This document shows positions 20,501 through 29,053 of a DNA stretch of 64,000 nt, one piece after another. The stretch covers positions 288,001 through 352,000 of the forward strand of contig JBILLK010000006.1 of NCBI GenBank assembly GCA_044376115.1, written 5' to 3'. A program made the position numbers and the translations under genes. Below the pieces are notes generated by a model, which had not been told where the DNA came from, did no database searches, and was given only the letters and a program-made list of their open reading frames with translations. Numbering within the stretch: the stretch's first letter is position 1; the number at the start of each line of letters is the position of its first letter. This stretch comes from Polyangiaceae bacterium. Its GTDB lineage: Bacteria; Myxococcota_A; Polyangia; Polyangiales; Polyangiaceae.

Positions 20501-20758
20501 CGACCGCACCTGCTCTACCTTGGGCAGGCCGCCCATCGCACTCTCGATCGGAAAGGTGATTCGTCGCTCGATCTCGATCGGCGCGAGGGCGGATACTTGG
20601 GTATTGATCTGAACCTGGACGTTGGTGATGTCGGGAACAGCGTCAATCGGAAGCCGCTGAAAGTTGTATACGCCGAGCGCGGCGACAGCCAGCGTGAGCA
20701 TCAGGACGAGCCAGCGATTCTCCACCGAGAAGCGCAGCACTTTGCTTAGGAGGTTCAT
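17600..20758 (-). CDS. czcA: CusA/CzcA family heavy-metal RND permease
   Basis: LPIDAVPDITNVQVQINT, NLMSLGAIDFGLVVDG, GIEGKMFRPMA, GTGAEVQRPLATVVIGG. Confidence 0.95.
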   Translation of the reverse strand: MNLLSKVLRFSVENRWLVLMLTLAVAALGVYNFQRLPIDAVPDITNVQVQINTQVSALAPIEIERRITFPIESAMGGLPKVEQVRSLSRYGLSQVTVVFEDGTDIYFARQLVAERLAAAKEALPPEAEPQLGPIASGLGEIYMWTLEADPSAVKEDGSPYDLTDLRTLEDWVVRPQLRNVKGVTEVNSIGGYERLYQVAPDPARLRAYELSFRDVFEALRRNNSTTGGGYIERNGEQWLIRSTGQIESEDDLRAIVIAHRAGAAIRLRDVAEITIGRDLRTGAATANGREVVIGTAIMLMGENSRDVSKRVNERLAAAQKSLPEGVELNTVYDRTYLVDATLDTVVRSLAEGALLVIVVLFIMLGNLRAALIAALAIPFSMLIALTGMVTTGTSGNLMSLGAIDFGLVVDGSVIIVENCIRRFGAEQHRLGRTLTRRERIELAYEASQEVRKATLFGEVIIAIVYLPILTLTGIEGKMFRPMAMTVVLALAGATVLSMTLIPALVAILLRGKVEERENFLFRAAKRGYQRILEVALLNRSFVLACALLVLLGSAALASTLGSEFAPKLSEGALALQPARIPSISITTSVDMQMAVEKMLLQKFPDEVDVVFARTGTAEVATDPMGPNVSDTYIMLKPREGWKRASTQEQLAEAIEQELKHLPGQAFEFSQPIELRFNELISGVRSDVAVKIFGDDLDAMRAKANEVAGVLGAVEGAADVKVEQVSGLPVLNIALDREAIGRYGLSIEDVQQLLEAAVGGAEAGQVFDGDRRFDLVVRLPDAVRKDLDALGALPIPLPPESNGAPGQTAFVPLKALATLSLEEGPNQVSRENGKRRLVVQCNVRGRDLGSFVAEAQSKLEIVKPGPGNWFSWGGQFENLIAARQRLAIVVPLALLLIFGLLYLSFNSVKNALLIFSGIPLALTGGLAALAVRNLPVSISAAIGFIALSGVAVLNGLVMVSFIEDLRAKGFAKEEAVKSGSLSRLRPVLMTALVAALGFIPMALASGTGAEVQRPLATVVIGGILSSTLLTLLVLPVLYATFAANEREAAPPES

Positions 20759-20768
20759 TGTGGGGTCC

Positions 20769-22001
20769 TCAGTGGTCGTGCCCAGCAGCGCCCTTGCCGA
20801 ACTCTGCTTTGAGTGTGAAAGCCCCCCGCACCACGATGGGTACACCCGCAGCCAGGCCGCTCAGGATCTCCACAGACTTGGTTTTGCCGTCGGGATGCAG
20901 GCCAATGTGGCCTAGTTTGACCGGCCGTGACTCGAAGGCGTCCTCCTCCTCGACGAAGACCACGGTGCGACCTTCCACCGTTTGAATGGCCTCCTCGGGT
21001 ACGACGACCGCCGCATCGATCTCTTCGATCGCGACCTCGGCGGTGACAAACAGGCCGGGTTTCCAAGCGGGACTCGGCCTCTTGAGCAGCACCCTGGCGT
21101 TGGTGGTACGCGACTCCCCGCTGGCCGTTGCGCTGAGCATCGCGATGGTTCCGGCGGCGGGCTCCTTGATGCCTTCGGTGCGGAGGCGGACCGGCTGACC
21201 TACCGCGATCCAGCCGAGGTCTTTGCTATAGACGGTAAGGTCGACCCACAGCGACGAAAGGTCGGCGATGACGAACGCAGGCGTCTCGTCCGAGAGCACC
21301 TCGCCGATGGCGATGTGCTTCTCGATGATGGTCCCGTCTTGCGGTGCAAGCAGCTTGTAGACGCCGCCGCCGCGGGTGCCCGTGGAGGCGAGAACCTCCG
21401 CGGTGGACTCCTTCTCGATCTTTGCTTCGGCTAGGCCTCCCTTTGCCGCGAGGAAGTCCTTCTCCGAGGCGATGCCGTCCTTGAATAGCTTTTCAAGCCG
21501 CGTGAAATTTGCTTCAGCAAGCTTTACCCGCTCCTCGGCGGCGCGCACGTCCCGCGATAGGCTCGTAAGTTCTCGACTATCGAGTAAGGCGAGCACGTCG
21601 CCACGCAGGACCTGTTCGCCGAGCCGCGCTTTGACCTCGCGCGCGATACCACCAACCCGCGGCGAAACATGGGCCAGGGTCTCTGCGTTGACGCGAACAT
21701 CGCCAGGCAGAGAGAGCGTCACATTCACTTTTCCTGGCCCTGCTGGACTCACCTCGATGCCAGCGTTCACCCGGCCCTCGGGCGTCAGTTTGATTCGGTC
21801 GATGCCCCCGTGCGCCTCATGCGCGTCATGCTCGTCATCGTGGCCGCGAGCATCGTCGTGCTCACCGCCTTTGTCATGAGCGTCGTGCTCGCTACTGGCG
21901 TGGGAGTGGAGCGCCAATCGTTCGATGAGCAGCGCGGCTCCAGCACTGGTGATTGCGAGCAGGAAGAAGCTCGGCCATCGGCTCGCTTGCGCTGTGTTCA
22001 T
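20769..22001 (-). CDS. czcB: CzcB-like membrane fusion protein with a His-rich N-terminal segment
   Basis: HSHASSEHDAHDKGGEHDDARGHDDEHDAHEAH; IADLSSLWV; WKPGLFV; C-terminal AGHDH; ATGA overlap with czcC. Confidence 0.9.
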   Translation of the reverse strand: MNTAQASRWPSFFLLAITSAGAALLIERLALHSHASSEHDAHDKGGEHDDARGHDDEHDAHEAHGGIDRIKLTPEGRVNAGIEVSPAGPGKVNVTLSLPGDVRVNAETLAHVSPRVGGIAREVKARLGEQVLRGDVLALLDSRELTSLSRDVRAAEERVKLAEANFTRLEKLFKDGIASEKDFLAAKGGLAEAKIEKESTAEVLASTGTRGGGVYKLLAPQDGTIIEKHIAIGEVLSDETPAFVIADLSSLWVDLTVYSKDLGWIAVGQPVRLRTEGIKEPAAGTIAMLSATASGESRTTNARVLLKRPSPAWKPGLFVTAEVAIEEIDAAVVVPEEAIQTVEGRTVVFVEEEDAFESRPVKLGHIGLHPDGKTKSVEILSGLAAGVPIVVRGAFTLKAEFGKGAAGHDH

Positions 22002-23260
22002 GGCCACACCCCAGCCACGCTGTGGAGCTCAATCTCGGCAAGGCGCGCGGCGAGCAGGCGATCCGTGAATGCGCGTTTGGTTTCGATAATCTCCCCACGC
22101 AAAATCAGTAGGTCGCTGAGGCTCGTCTCCCCGGCCTTATAGGCTTTGGCCGCGAGTTCGAGACTCTCGGCAAACGTGGGTTCTGGGTCGAAGGCGAGCA
22201 CCGCCTCGCGACGGCGGCTAAACACCTCGAAGGCGGTGCGTACCTCGATGGGAACTTCAATGCGCCTTTGCTGAAGCTCTACTGTTACGCGCTGGCTCTT
22301 GGCTTGTGCGATTGAGCCATCACCTCGGCCGTAGTCGAAGGAGGGGAGGCTTAGAGAGAACACCGCCATGACGGTATGGATGTTGGTCTCTTCATGTTCG
22401 TAGCGAAGTCCCACCCCAAGGTCGGGGAACGCGCTCGTCGCTGCGACCTCGACGTCTGCCTCGGCTTCTCGCAGTTGCGCAGACAATGCCCGCAGGTCCG
22501 GGCGACTCTTTGAGCGGGCAAGCAAACTTGCGAGGTCGGGTGTACCCAACTCCGAAAGGTTGCCGCTGAGGGTCAGCGAGACGTCGTGCGGTATGCCAAG
22601 TAAAAGTCTCAGCTCCCCGAGTGTGCCATCGCGCAGCGCTTGTACGTCTTTCGCTTCGGCTTCGGCTCGACTCACGCCCAGCTTTGCAACGTTGATTTCG
22701 AGTCGCGTTGAATCACCTGCGGCTAGACGCTGTTCGGTCGTGAGCTTGGTTTCTTGGGCTAGTACGATCTGACTCTGGGCAAGCGCCAGTCGTTCTTCGG
22801 CCCAGAGAGCGTGAATGAAGGCTGAACCGACGGCTCTCTGAAGCTCTTGGGTAACGGCGTCAGTGCTCGCCGCGGTGCGAGCGACGCTGGCATCGACAGC
22901 AGCGAGCCGCGCGCTAACCCCGCCGCCGAGTGGCAATAGTTGCATAAACTGCAGGGCGACCGCTGGCGTTGCCTCTGTTCCGATGACCCTTGGACCAACC
23001 GCTGCCTCCAAGGTCGGGTTGGCGCGAGGGTAGATCCGCGCTCCGATCCCGGCGGATTCGGCCTCTGCGATCTGTGCACGCGCGGCGAGCACCCGAGGCG
23101 CGCTTCCGGCGGCTCGCTCGAGCGCCTGCTCGAGCGATAGCGACAATGAACCTGCCTGTGATTCTTCAGCAGCTCTTGAAGGCGCTTCTTGCGCCGATAG
23201 AGAAAGGCAAGACAATACAATAGGAGCGCTTAGCGCCCCCGAGGACCACCAACGATTCAT
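21998..23260 (-). CDS. czcC: CzcC-like TolC family outer membrane channel
   Basis: LSLEQALERA, RPDLRAL, FPDLGVGLRY, AYKAGETSLSDLL; first gene of the CBA triad. Confidence 0.88.
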   Translation of the reverse strand: MNRWWSSGALSAPIVLSCLSLSAQEAPSRAAEESQAGSLSLSLEQALERAAGSAPRVLAARAQIAEAESAGIGARIYPRANPTLEAAVGPRVIGTEATPAVALQFMQLLPLGGGVSARLAAVDASVARTAASTDAVTQELQRAVGSAFIHALWAEERLALAQSQIVLAQETKLTTEQRLAAGDSTRLEINVAKLGVSRAEAEAKDVQALRDGTLGELRLLLGIPHDVSLTLSGNLSELGTPDLASLLARSKSRPDLRALSAQLREAEADVEVAATSAFPDLGVGLRYEHEETNIHTVMAVFSLSLPSFDYGRGDGSIAQAKSQRVTVELQQRRIEVPIEVRTAFEVFSRRREAVLAFDPEPTFAESLELAAKAYKAGETSLSDLLILRGEIIETKRAFTDRLLAARLAEIELHSVAGVWP

Positions 23261-23333
23261 AAACACCAACCTGATCACGGCGCTTGGCGACGCGCTCCGC
23301 GCTTCCAAAGATCAGAAGGGCGAGCGCGACCAC

Positions 23334-23357
23334 AAAAAGCTCGGATTTCTCGAGCTT
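23334..23357 (-). terminator. Intrinsic terminator-like hairpin between the small Cys/His gene and czcC
   Basis: Minus strand AAGCTCG-AGAAATC-CGAGCTT running into TTT. Confidence 0.5.
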
Positions 23358-23368
23358 CAGCTTAGGAA

Positions 23369-23698
23369 TCAGGCCAGACGCTTTGGGACTTTGAGCGGCG
23401 GTCCACGTTCGGCTGAGGCGAGCACGCGCCCACCCAGGAACGGCTCCAACAAGGCGAAGTCAGCGAGCCGACGCTCTTCTGCGGGCACGAGGTTGGGTAA
23501 GGCGGGGGTGCCGTGGGCACACGCTAAGCAACAATGACAGTCAGGTCCGCACGGGCAGCCTTCGCCGTCGTCGTCTTCACACTGACCGGTATCTTCGTGC
23601 GAATCGACGAACTCGACCAGGAACCCTTGCCAAAACATGGTGAGGACGAGGAAGCGGGCGACCCAAACGGCCAGCCTTGCAAAAATACGCCGCCTCAC
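23369..23698 (-). CDS. Small exported Cys/His-rich protein, positional analogue of CzcI
   Basis: Hydrophobic N-terminus, CPCGPDCHCCLACAH, C-terminal PPLKVPK; directly upstream of czcC; start uncertain (23698 or 23743). Confidence 0.65.
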   Translation of the reverse strand: MRRRIFARLAVWVARFLVLTMFWQGFLVEFVDSHEDTGQCEDDDGEGCPCGPDCHCCLACAHGTPALPNLVPAEERRLADFALLEPFLGGRVLASAERGPPLKVPKRLA

Positions 23699-23755
23699 GG
23701 GATGCACAGCCCACACAGTAGGGGCCAGCGCGCGACCGTGCAAGCCGATTGCTCA

Positions 23756-25162
23756 TTAAGGCAGATAGGCGCCCAAGTCGGCTTGGAACACATAGCGCTG
23801 GCCGAGCCCCTCGGAGAGCGAGACGATCTTCGGCGCAACCGGATCGGAGCCGTCGACCATGACGTCCTCAGGCGCGTCGATCCAACCATAGGCGCTGCTG
23901 CTCGCCGCCTCGACGCGGAACATGGCCCCGCCTGAGCCCGCGGGCTCGCTGGACGAAAGGAAGAAGGTGCTCTCGCGCGAGACTGCTCCCTGGATCTGAC
24001 GCTCTCCGGCGAAGAAGGCCCCAGTCGAGAAGGTGCGCGGTGCGCCTGCCAGCAGGCCTGAGGCCGAGTCTAGCGGCCATTGGAAAAGCCGCCCCGCGAG
24101 CGGCCCGCTGCAAGCGGAGTTCGAGCAGTATTCGCCCGAGACCAGTTGCGGTGGGGTGGAGGAGCGGTCGAGCGCGACGAAGGAGAACCGCGGCTGCGGC
24201 TCGCAGACGCTGAAGCGAGCGTAGGCGCCAACCTGCGGTACTACGTATTTGTAGAGGCCCGCGTGGCATAGGTTACCGTTGCAGCCGACGTTGTCCTCGG
24301 CGGTACTGACCTGGAGAATGCGCCTGAGGTCGAACACTCGTAGGCCGCCCGAGGTGTCCGCCACATACAGGTAGTCCCCAAACCAGGCGATACCTCCTGC
24401 GTGAATGGATATCGGTTTAAAATTGGAGCCCGGCTCTGGCTCGACGAGCAGCAGAAAGCGATAGCGAGGTGCTTGGGGATCGGTCACGTCGACGAGTGCC
24501 AAGCGCACCCCTTTGGGGGCGAGCCCCGGGTCAACGTCTTCATCGAAGTAAAAGCTGACCAGCCAAAGCTTGCGGCCGATCACGAGACCGCTCGGGTCGG
24601 CGTCGGGCGAGCCAGTGATCCCTTGCGGAACCCAAGTGGGTTTGTCGTTCTCGGAGCTCTCCCAACGAAACGCGTACTCAAGCCCCGGCGGGTTGCCCGG
24701 AGCCGAGCTGACGACGACCGGCGTACGATTGAGGTCTGCGAGCACGCCGGCGAGGCTCACCGGCGCTGCAATGGCCTCGAGCGCGTCGATGTAGCCGCTG
24801 TAGTCGTCAAAGCTGGGCGCACGGTCGAGCGCAAACGCGCAGCGATCCAAGCTGACGAGCCCTTGTCCCGAGCCGGTTGGTGGTGGGATGTCACAGCTGG
24901 GCGTGGCTGTGACGCAATCATCCAAGGGGACCCCACCGCCTCCGCCGCTTCCACCTTCGCTCCCGCCTCCGTTGGTTGGATTGCCTCCACCGCCTTGGCT
25001 GTTCCCTCCGTTCGGGCTGGTTGCTCCGGAGCTTGTTTCCCCGCCGCGATTAGCATTGCCTCCGTCGCTTGAAGTAGCTGTTTGGCCGCCGCTGGATGCG
25101 GACTCTTGCTGGCAGGCCGAAACCGCGACGAGGCTAAGGAAGCAGACCGCGGCTCGGTTCAT
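23756..25162 (-). CDS. Hypothetical secreted lipoprotein (Gly-rich linker, beta-rich domain)
   Basis: Lipobox VSAC; WVPQGIT, YRFLLLVEP, IHAGGIAWFGDYLYVADT. Confidence 0.75.
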   Translation of the reverse strand: MNRAAVCFLSLVAVSACQQESASSGGQTATSSDGGNANRGGETSSGATSPNGGNSQGGGGNPTNGGGSEGGSGGGGGVPLDDCVTATPSCDIPPPTGSGQGLVSLDRCAFALDRAPSFDDYSGYIDALEAIAAPVSLAGVLADLNRTPVVVSSAPGNPPGLEYAFRWESSENDKPTWVPQGITGSPDADPSGLVIGRKLWLVSFYFDEDVDPGLAPKGVRLALVDVTDPQAPRYRFLLLVEPEPGSNFKPISIHAGGIAWFGDYLYVADTSGGLRVFDLRRILQVSTAEDNVGCNGNLCHAGLYKYVVPQVGAYARFSVCEPQPRFSFVALDRSSTPPQLVSGEYCSNSACSGPLAGRLFQWPLDSASGLLAGAPRTFSTGAFFAGERQIQGAVSRESTFFLSSSEPAGSGGAMFRVEAASSSAYGWIDAPEDVMVDGSDPVAPKIVSLSEGLGQRYVFQADLGAYLP

Positions 25163-25238
25163 GGTGAGCGACTTTACCATTGCTCGGTGAGGTGCCGCGT
25201 GAGCTGTTCCACCGAACGCGACCATGGCCCCGGGTTGA

Positions 25239-26198
25239 TCAGCGGCTGGCCAACGCCATACCGAACGCGAGCAATAGCACCAAGCTGAGAACCGAGAAGC
25301 CCCCGAAGGCGGAGAACTGAGCACCCAAAAGTTGGGTATGGGCATCCGAGCGCCCGCGCAGGCGTTGCTCCAAGATCCTGCAGTAGGTTCGCGCCCCGAG
25401 CACACCAAACACGATCGCGAATGCTATCGAGAGCGTGAGCTGAAGGGTCGTTGGTAGCTCCTCGGAGGCACCGAACAACGCCCGAAGCCCAACCACGAGT
25501 CCTCCAACGAATCCGACGTTGGTGGCCCAGCCAAGGATACCAATCACCTTCAAGGTGCGGGTCCAACCCGAAAGCGGTAACGCCAAGTGTGCGCCGGGCG
25601 CGTGTTCCACTATTGGGATATTGGAAAGAACCTTGGAGAAGGCCAAGGCGGCCGCAGGTCCACGTCCTTGTTTGGCGGCCGCGGCGGGCACCGCGAACTC
25701 GGTGAGCGATGCGCTAATGCGGCCGTCCTCATCAATCAGCACCCTGCGAAAGCCGAGCGCCAAGAGTTCAATCACGCCGCTGCGGACCTCTTCGCCGAGG
25801 ACTGCAGAGAGCACGTCGGCGTCTTGCAGCGGGCTGCTCACGTACACGGATTGATCGAAGGCGGAGTCTCCCGATTGCCATTCCACGCTCAGTCCGCGGC
25901 GCTTCGCCCCGACATCCATCGTGTTCTCGGGCCGAAGTTCAATGTTCATTGGGCGGTGCGCGCGGAGCGGCCCTTTGCCTCGTCGATAGCCTGCTTGCGC
26001 GTGAACGGCCGGGTGATCTCGCCGAGCGACGCGATCGTAGTTTGCAACCAACGTTAAGCTCGAGCTGCTGCCGCCGTTGTACTCGACCGCGATGTCATGG
26101 CCGCCACAAGGCACGCTAAAGCGGGACTTCTCGCTCGCTGAAGGTCCGGCGAGCGCTCTCAGTTCGTTAACCAGTAGGCTCTCGGGGCTCTCGCTCAT
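25239..26198 (-). CDS. Hypothetical membrane protein with three C-terminal TM segments
   Basis: ATG at 26198; hydrophobic C-terminal third. Confidence 0.65.
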   Translation of the reverse strand: MSESPESLLVNELRALAGPSASEKSRFSVPCGGHDIAVEYNGGSSSSLTLVANYDRVARRDHPAVHAQAGYRRGKGPLRAHRPMNIELRPENTMDVGAKRRGLSVEWQSGDSAFDQSVYVSSPLQDADVLSAVLGEEVRSGVIELLALGFRRVLIDEDGRISASLTEFAVPAAAAKQGRGPAAALAFSKVLSNIPIVEHAPGAHLALPLSGWTRTLKVIGILGWATNVGFVGGLVVGLRALFGASEELPTTLQLTLSIAFAIVFGVLGARTYCRILEQRLRGRSDAHTQLLGAQFSAFGGFSVLSLVLLLAFGMALASR

Positions 26199-26265
26199 GC
26201 GGTCGACCACTCTAACAGGCGCGCCGCCGATTCGAACTGAATAGCTCGAGCAGAGTCGCATAAAG

Positions 26266-26292
26266 ATTGTGTACAATTAGATTGCGCACAAT
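26266..26292. promoter_or_regulatory. OhrR operator
   Basis: ATTGTGTACAAT-TAG-ATTGCGCACAAT, tandem AT-rich inverted repeats containing TACAATT.GATTG, directly upstream of ohrR. Confidence 0.75.
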
Positions 26293-26317
26293 CAAATGAG
26301 GTCATGTTGTTCGTGCC

Positions 26318-26767
26318 GTGTCCGACTCGCAAAAGCTCGATCAGCAGCTCTGCTTCGCGCTCCACGCCGCCTCGCGGGCGATGGTGGGGGCCTACCAGCC
26401 GCTGCTGGCGGAGCTTGGCGTGACCTACCCGCAGTACCTCGTGCTGCTCGTTCTTTGGGAGGAGGGCACGGTGCGGCTGTCCCGGGTGGGCGAGCGGCTC
26501 GCGCTCGATTCGGGCACGCTCACCCCGCTGCTCAAGCGACTCGAGACGCAGGGCTTGGTCATCCGCCGGCGTAGCCGTGCGGATGAGCGAGCGCTGGATA
26601 TTGAGCTAACGGCCGCGGGTAAGCGATTGCGCAAACGTGCAATAGGCTTGCCTCGCGCCATGGTTTGCAAGGCAGCACTCCCCGTGGACGAGCTGGTCCG
26701 CCTGCGGAAGACGCTGCATGAATTGACGAAGAACCTAGTCGATAGTCAAACGGAGAAAGCCTCATGA
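26318..26767 (+). CDS. ohrR: Organic hydroperoxide resistance regulator (MarR family)
   Basis: LDQQLCFALH sensing Cys, TYPQYLVLLVLWE, LDSGTLTPLLKRLE. Confidence 0.93.
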   Translation: MSDSQKLDQQLCFALHAASRAMVGAYQPLLAELGVTYPQYLVLLVLWEEGTVRLSRVGERLALDSGTLTPLLKRLETQGLVIRRRSRADERALDIELTAAGKRLRKRAIGLPRAMVCKAALPVDELVRLRKTLHELTKNLVDSQTEKAS

Positions 26768-27177
26768 ACGTCCTCTACACAGCTGTTGCCACCGCTACTT
26801 CCGGCCGAGACGGCAAGGTCTCCACTTCAGACGGAAGCTTTGAACTCGGATTGACCATGCCCAAAGGCCTAGGCGGGCCAGGCGGAGCGGGCACCAATCC
26901 AGAGCAGCTATTCGCCGCTGGCTATGCTGCATGCTTCGGCAGCGCACTCAAGCTCGTGGCCAGCATGCAGAAGGTTGCTACGGGGCCAGTGGCGATCACG
27001 GCAGAGGTATCGATCGGCAAGGGCGATAGTGGGTTTGGTTTGGCCGTCAAGCTGATCGGCAGCTTCCCGGAGCTCGAGGCAGACAAGGCGCACGCGCTAA
27101 TGGAAGCGGCGCACCAGGTCTGCCCGTACTCGCGTGCGACGCGAGGCAACGTGGAGGTTACGCTGGCGGTCGGCTGA
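26764..27177 (+). CDS. ohr: Organic hydroperoxide resistance protein
   Basis: GTNPEQLFAAGYAACF and AHQVCPYSRATRGN. Confidence 0.95.
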   Translation: MNVLYTAVATATSGRDGKVSTSDGSFELGLTMPKGLGGPGGAGTNPEQLFAAGYAACFGSALKLVASMQKVATGPVAITAEVSIGKGDSGFGLAVKLIGSFPELEADKAHALMEAAHQVCPYSRATRGNVEVTLAVG

Positions 27178-27275
27178 GTTGCGCGTCCCTTCGACCGCTC
27201 CGAAACAATAGCGACAAACATTTCGACACAACCGCTTCACGGTTGGGCAACGCCGCGCTGGTAGCGCTTATCGGC

Positions 27276-27602
27276 ATGCGACAACGCCTTTTATTGCTCA
27301 CTACGCTAATGGTCATAGGTTGTGCCGCGGAGCGCCCGCCCCACGCGCCACCCCCACCGCCTCCGAAGGAGGCTGCCGAGGCCTGCGCCAACAAGGCGGA
27401 CGGGGACGCTTGTTCAATCGCGCTCGAGGACCGGCCTCCGCTCGAGGGGACGTGCGTCAACGGGGCTGAAGAGGGCACGCTGAGCTGTCGGCCGAAAGGT
27501 CCGCCACCCGGTGGCGGCCCAGGCGGACCGCCGCCCGGTGGAGGCTCCGGCGGACCGCCGCCCGGTGGAGGCTCCGGCGCTCCGGGCGCTCCGCCTGGAT
27601 GA
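27276..27602 (+). CDS. Small lipoprotein with a 4-Cys domain and Pro/Gly repeats
   Basis: Lipobox VIGC; PPKEAAEACANKADGDACS..GTC..LSCRP; PPPGGG[PS]G three times. Confidence 0.75.
   Translation: MRQRLLLLTTLMVIGCAAERPPHAPPPPPPKEAAEACANKADGDACSIALEDRPPLEGTCVNGAEEGTLSCRPKGPPPGGGPGGPPPGGGSGGPPPGGGSGAPGAPPG
27501..27579 (+). repeat. 27-bp coding tandem repeat, about three copies
   Basis: ccgccgcccggtggaggctccggcgga units encoding PPPGGGSGG. Confidence 0.85.
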
Positions 27603-27607
27603 AGGGT

Positions 27608-28981
27608 TCAGGCGGTCTGTTGCGGTAAGAAGCGCCGCTGAATCAACGGAATGTCCCTGCGTGTGACGCGCTCTTCCATCCAAAGGCGTTGCACGTGGGG
27701 CCCCGCGCGAAAGTCGGCCAGCTCGGACTCGGTGAAGGGGATGAGGTCCCAGAGCCGAACGGTCGGCGCGTCGGGCGTCTCAGGCGCGAGGTGACCCATC
27801 GGCCACACGATGCAGCCAGCGATGCCTTGCGTCGGGGCGGGCAACACCAGCCGGTCGCGAGGTCGAATCGGGCGTGTTTCATCATGGCCCCGATAACAGC
27901 TGAGCATCCATTCGAGCCAGCCGTTGGCCCAGGGACCGAGCTGAGACGAGGTCACGGTAAGCTCGACGAAGTCATTCTCGTCGCCTTCGTGCGAACCAAG
28001 CTGTGGCTGGTCGGAGAGGCCGTTGGTTACGGCGATACCGCTGTCGTTGTTTGCGCGCAGGAAGTGTTCAATCGCGACGCCGTCTTGCTCCGCTCCAATA
28101 TGATGGAGCGTGTGCTCGCCGATTAGCAGACTCAACGCACGTCGACGCGCAAAACGCGCTTGGGCTCGCCGGATCGCTGGGGTCTTCTGCCAGACCGCAG
28201 GCCAGGCAAAGAGGCCGTCCCAGCAGCGCTCGAGCGTTACTTCGCCGAGCTCGGTTTGCAGGTGTGTGCCTGATTCGGGCCACGCGCCTTCCGCGACGAG
28301 TTCACGCTGGAGTGCGCCCAAAACACGCACGACCACAGCTTGCTCGACGCCTTCTGGCAGCGGCATCGCCACGTCGGGGAGGCCGTAAACCCACATGCCG
28401 TTCGACTCGAGCAGCGGGCAATCCGCGTCGTCGCGCAGCTTCAAATAGGCCCATAGTGGAAAGTGATAGCCCGCTTCGGACAGGAACTCGTCCGCGCGCT
28501 CGGCGAACTCCTTGGCAGGCGTTGCGAGGTGGTTGGCGCGCGGGAGGATCACCACGCTCGCGAGCGGAGTAAGCGCTCTCACCAGCGCGGTGAGCGCACT
28601 GACCTTGCGGCTCGCTGCGGACTCGAGTGGACCGCCAAGATCCGGAAGGCCAACCAAGGCAGCGGTTTGCGCGGCAGATTGTCGTACCGCTTCGCGTAGG
28701 GCGGCTGGCTGTTGGTGCTCGTTGCGGGCGAGCTCGTTGGTCCCGCCGCTGAGTACCAGGTTGGTTGGACCGAGCTGAAGTTCGCCGCGCGTGATCGAGC
28801 GGTCCAAGAGTCGAGCCGGGAAGGGGCGAGGGTCGATGCGGCCCAGAAAGCCGCCGGGGAACTGGAGGCCGTCGCGCGTGCTTTCGACGTGGACACCGAG
28901 CTCCTTCGCCCGATCGATCAGCTGCTGTGTATCGAGTGCGGTTGGCAGTGAAAGGACGACCCACGCTGGCAATGACGTCAT
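27608..28981 (-). CDS. Hypothetical protein with a DUF4261-like middle region and a Suppressor-of-fused (SUFU)-like C-terminal domain
   Basis: SNGMWVYGLPDV; AVTNGLSD..FVEL..W...WL..LWDLIPFTESEL. Confidence 0.55.
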   Translation of the reverse strand: MTSLPAWVVLSLPTALDTQQLIDRAKELGVHVESTRDGLQFPGGFLGRIDPRPFPARLLDRSITRGELQLGPTNLVLSGGTNELARNEHQQPAALREAVRQSAAQTAALVGLPDLGGPLESAASRKVSALTALVRALTPLASVVILPRANHLATPAKEFAERADEFLSEAGYHFPLWAYLKLRDDADCPLLESNGMWVYGLPDVAMPLPEGVEQAVVVRVLGALQRELVAEGAWPESGTHLQTELGEVTLERCWDGLFAWPAVWQKTPAIRRAQARFARRRALSLLIGEHTLHHIGAEQDGVAIEHFLRANNDSGIAVTNGLSDQPQLGSHEGDENDFVELTVTSSQLGPWANGWLEWMLSCYRGHDETRPIRPRDRLVLPAPTQGIAGCIVWPMGHLAPETPDAPTVRLWDLIPFTESELADFRAGPHVQRLWMEERVTRRDIPLIQRRFLPQQTA

Positions 28982-29053
28982 GGTGGGGTGACGCTAGTCC
29001 GGGAATCGCCAAGATAAAATTACGGCGACGTCACACTTGGGCTCCTGCACACG

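Noticed and set aside
27501..27579. Short direct repeats as a possible CRISPR array
   Set aside because: They are contiguous in-frame coding repeats with no spacers and no cas genes.
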